Shown: positions 62,138-64,000 of the stretch, piece after piece
Layout of the letters: the number at the start of each line of letters is the position of its first letter
Position numbering within the stretch: the stretch's first letter is position 1
NCBI GenBank assembly: GCA_038087875.1
Contig: CM075993.1
Span: 7,876,001-7,940,000 of the forward strand
Origin: Malacoraja senta
Taxonomy: Eukaryota
Length of the DNA stretch: 64,000 bases
Direction: 5' to 3'
The notes under the pieces: model-generated
What the model was told of the DNA's origin: nothing
The model's database searches: none
What the model saw: only the letters and a program-made list of their open reading frames with translations
Position numbers and translations under genes: made by a program

Positions 62138-64000
62138 TCATGGGGGACTTCAATTTTCATATTAATTGGGCAAACCAAACTGGGCAGGGTAGACTAGAGG
62201 AAGAGTTTATAGAATGTATTAGAGACGGGTTCCTAGAACAGTATGTCACAGAACCGACAAGGGGGGAGGCAATCTTGGATCTGGTCCTGTGTAATGAAGC
62301 AGGATTAATTAAAAATGTCATAGTTAGGGACTCGTTGGGAACAAGTGACCACAATATGGTCGAATTCCATATTCAAATAGAAGGGGAGCAGGTTGAAACT
62401 CAGGCTAGGGTACTTAGTCTAAATAAGGGGGATTATGAAGGTATGAGGACTGAGCTGATCAAAGTTGACTGGGATAGCAGACTCAAGAATAAGACGGTAC
62501 ATGAGCAGTGGTGTACGTTTAAGGATCTACTGTATAACCTTCAAGAAAAATGTATTCCTATGAAGAAAAAAAGGGGTAAGGGAAAGAACAGTCAGCCATG
62601 GCTCAGTAAAACTATAAAGGATAGTATTCGGCTGAAGGCAAGGGCATATAAGGTAGCTAGAGATAGTGGGAGGGTAGAGGATTGGGAAGCATTTAAAGGT
62701 CAGCAAAAAATAACTAAGAGATTAATTAAGACGGGGAAAATAGACTATGAAAGGAATTTAGCGAACAACATAAAAACTAATAGTAAGAGTTTTTATAGCT
62801 ATATAAAAAGAAAAAGGGTGGCTAAGGTGAACGTTGGTCCATTGGAGGGTGAGACTGGAGAGTTGTTGGTGGGGAACATGGAAATGGCAAAGGCATTAAA
62901 CGAGTATTTTGTATCAGTCTTCACCATAGAAGACACAAAAAATATTCCAACGCTGGATAAACAGGGGGCGGTAGGAATGGAGGAGCTAAATACTATTAAG
63001 ATCACCAAGGAGGTGGTATTAGGGAAATTAATGAGACTGAAGGAGGATAAATATCCTGGGCCTGATGGATTACATCCAAGGGTCTTGAGGGAGATAGCGG
63101 TGGGGATTGTGGATGCATTGGTGATAATTTTCCAAAACTCCCTGGAGGCAGGAACGGTCCCAGTGGATTGGAAAATGGCCAATGTAACACCTATATTTAA
63201 AAAAGGAAGTAAACAGAAGGCGGGTAACTATAGACCGGTTAGTCTAACATCGGTGGTGGGTAAAATGTTAGAGACAATTATTAAAGAAACACTAACGGGG
63301 CACTTGGATAAACATGACTTCATCGGACAGAACCAGCATGGTTTTGTGAAGGGGAAGTCCTGTTTAACGAATCTGCTCGAATTCTTTGAGGAAGTAACAA
63401 CCCGGGTGGATAAAGGGGAACCGGTGGATGTGGTATACTTGGACTTCCAAAAGGCTTTTGACAAGGTGCCACATAAGAGACTATTGCTAAAAATAAAAAA
63501 TTATGGGATTGGGGGTAATATATTAGCATGGGTAGAGGATTGGCTAACAAATAGGAAGCAGAGAGTGGGGATAAATGGTTCATACTCGGGATGGCAACCG
63601 GTAACTAGCGGGGTTCCGCAAGGGTCGGTGCTGGGACCCCAGTTGTTCACAATTTATATAAATGATTTGGAGGAGGGAACCAAGTGTAATATATCAAAAT
63701 TTGCGGACGATACAAAAATGGGAGGAAAAGTAGGGGATGAGGAGGATAGGAAGAGTCTGCAAAAGGATATAGATAAGCTAGGTGAGTGGGCAACAACTTG
63801 GCAGATGAAATTTAATACTAATAAATGTGAAGTCATTCACTTTGGGAAAAAAAATGATAGGGCAAGTTATTTTCTAAATGAGGTGGAGCTGCGTTGTAAT
63901 GCAACGCAAAGGGATCTAGGGGTAGTAGTACATGAATCACTACAAGTTAGTATGCAGGTGCAGCAAGCAATCAGGAAGGCCAATGGAGTTGTGGCCTTTA
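62138..64000 (+). mobile_element. CR1 LINE of a second subfamily; open frame (end of endonuclease plus RT) running off the window edge
   Basis: Frame from 62140 reads MGDFNF...ILDLVL...SDHN...NYRPVSLTS...YLDFQKAFDKVPH...GVPQGSVLGP...FADD with no stop seen. Inserted in an older CR1 piece at 62015-62137. Confidence 0.93.

Overview
This is eukaryotic, repeat-rich DNA. The SINE/LINE set (HE1-type V-SINEs with CR1 partner LINEs) points to a cartilaginous fish, probably a skate or ray (inference). Two spliced genes lie tail-to-tail, both with their 5' parts outside the window. The first is the 3' part of a sorting nexin 27-like gene (+ strand, 10 coding exons, 3849-31625). The second is the 3' part of cytosolic alpha-mannosidase MAN2C1 (- strand, 9 coding exons, 61831-38514). 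All junctions are GT-AG with consistent phases. Most other ORFs in the track are repeat artefacts. Introns contain CR1, Rex1/Babar and L1 LINE fragments, tRNA-derived V-SINEs, PIF/Harbinger-type and Tc1/pogo-type MITEs, and more than 20 short, often fold-back, Penelope-like element (PLE) termini. Four observations stand out. (1) The PLE termini carry a minimal hammerhead-ribozyme core (CTGAAGA-A-stem II-GAAACGTC). (2) Two PLE insertions copied neighbouring host DNA in inverted orientation. (3) The SNX27-like gene looks divergent and sits beside MAN2C1, so it may be a retained paralog rather than the SNX27 ortholog. (4) An unclassified GC-rich ~970 bp non-autonomous retroelement has an L2-type tail. 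Exon coordinates were counted by hand, repeat boundaries are approximate, and comparisons to human proteins are from memory.
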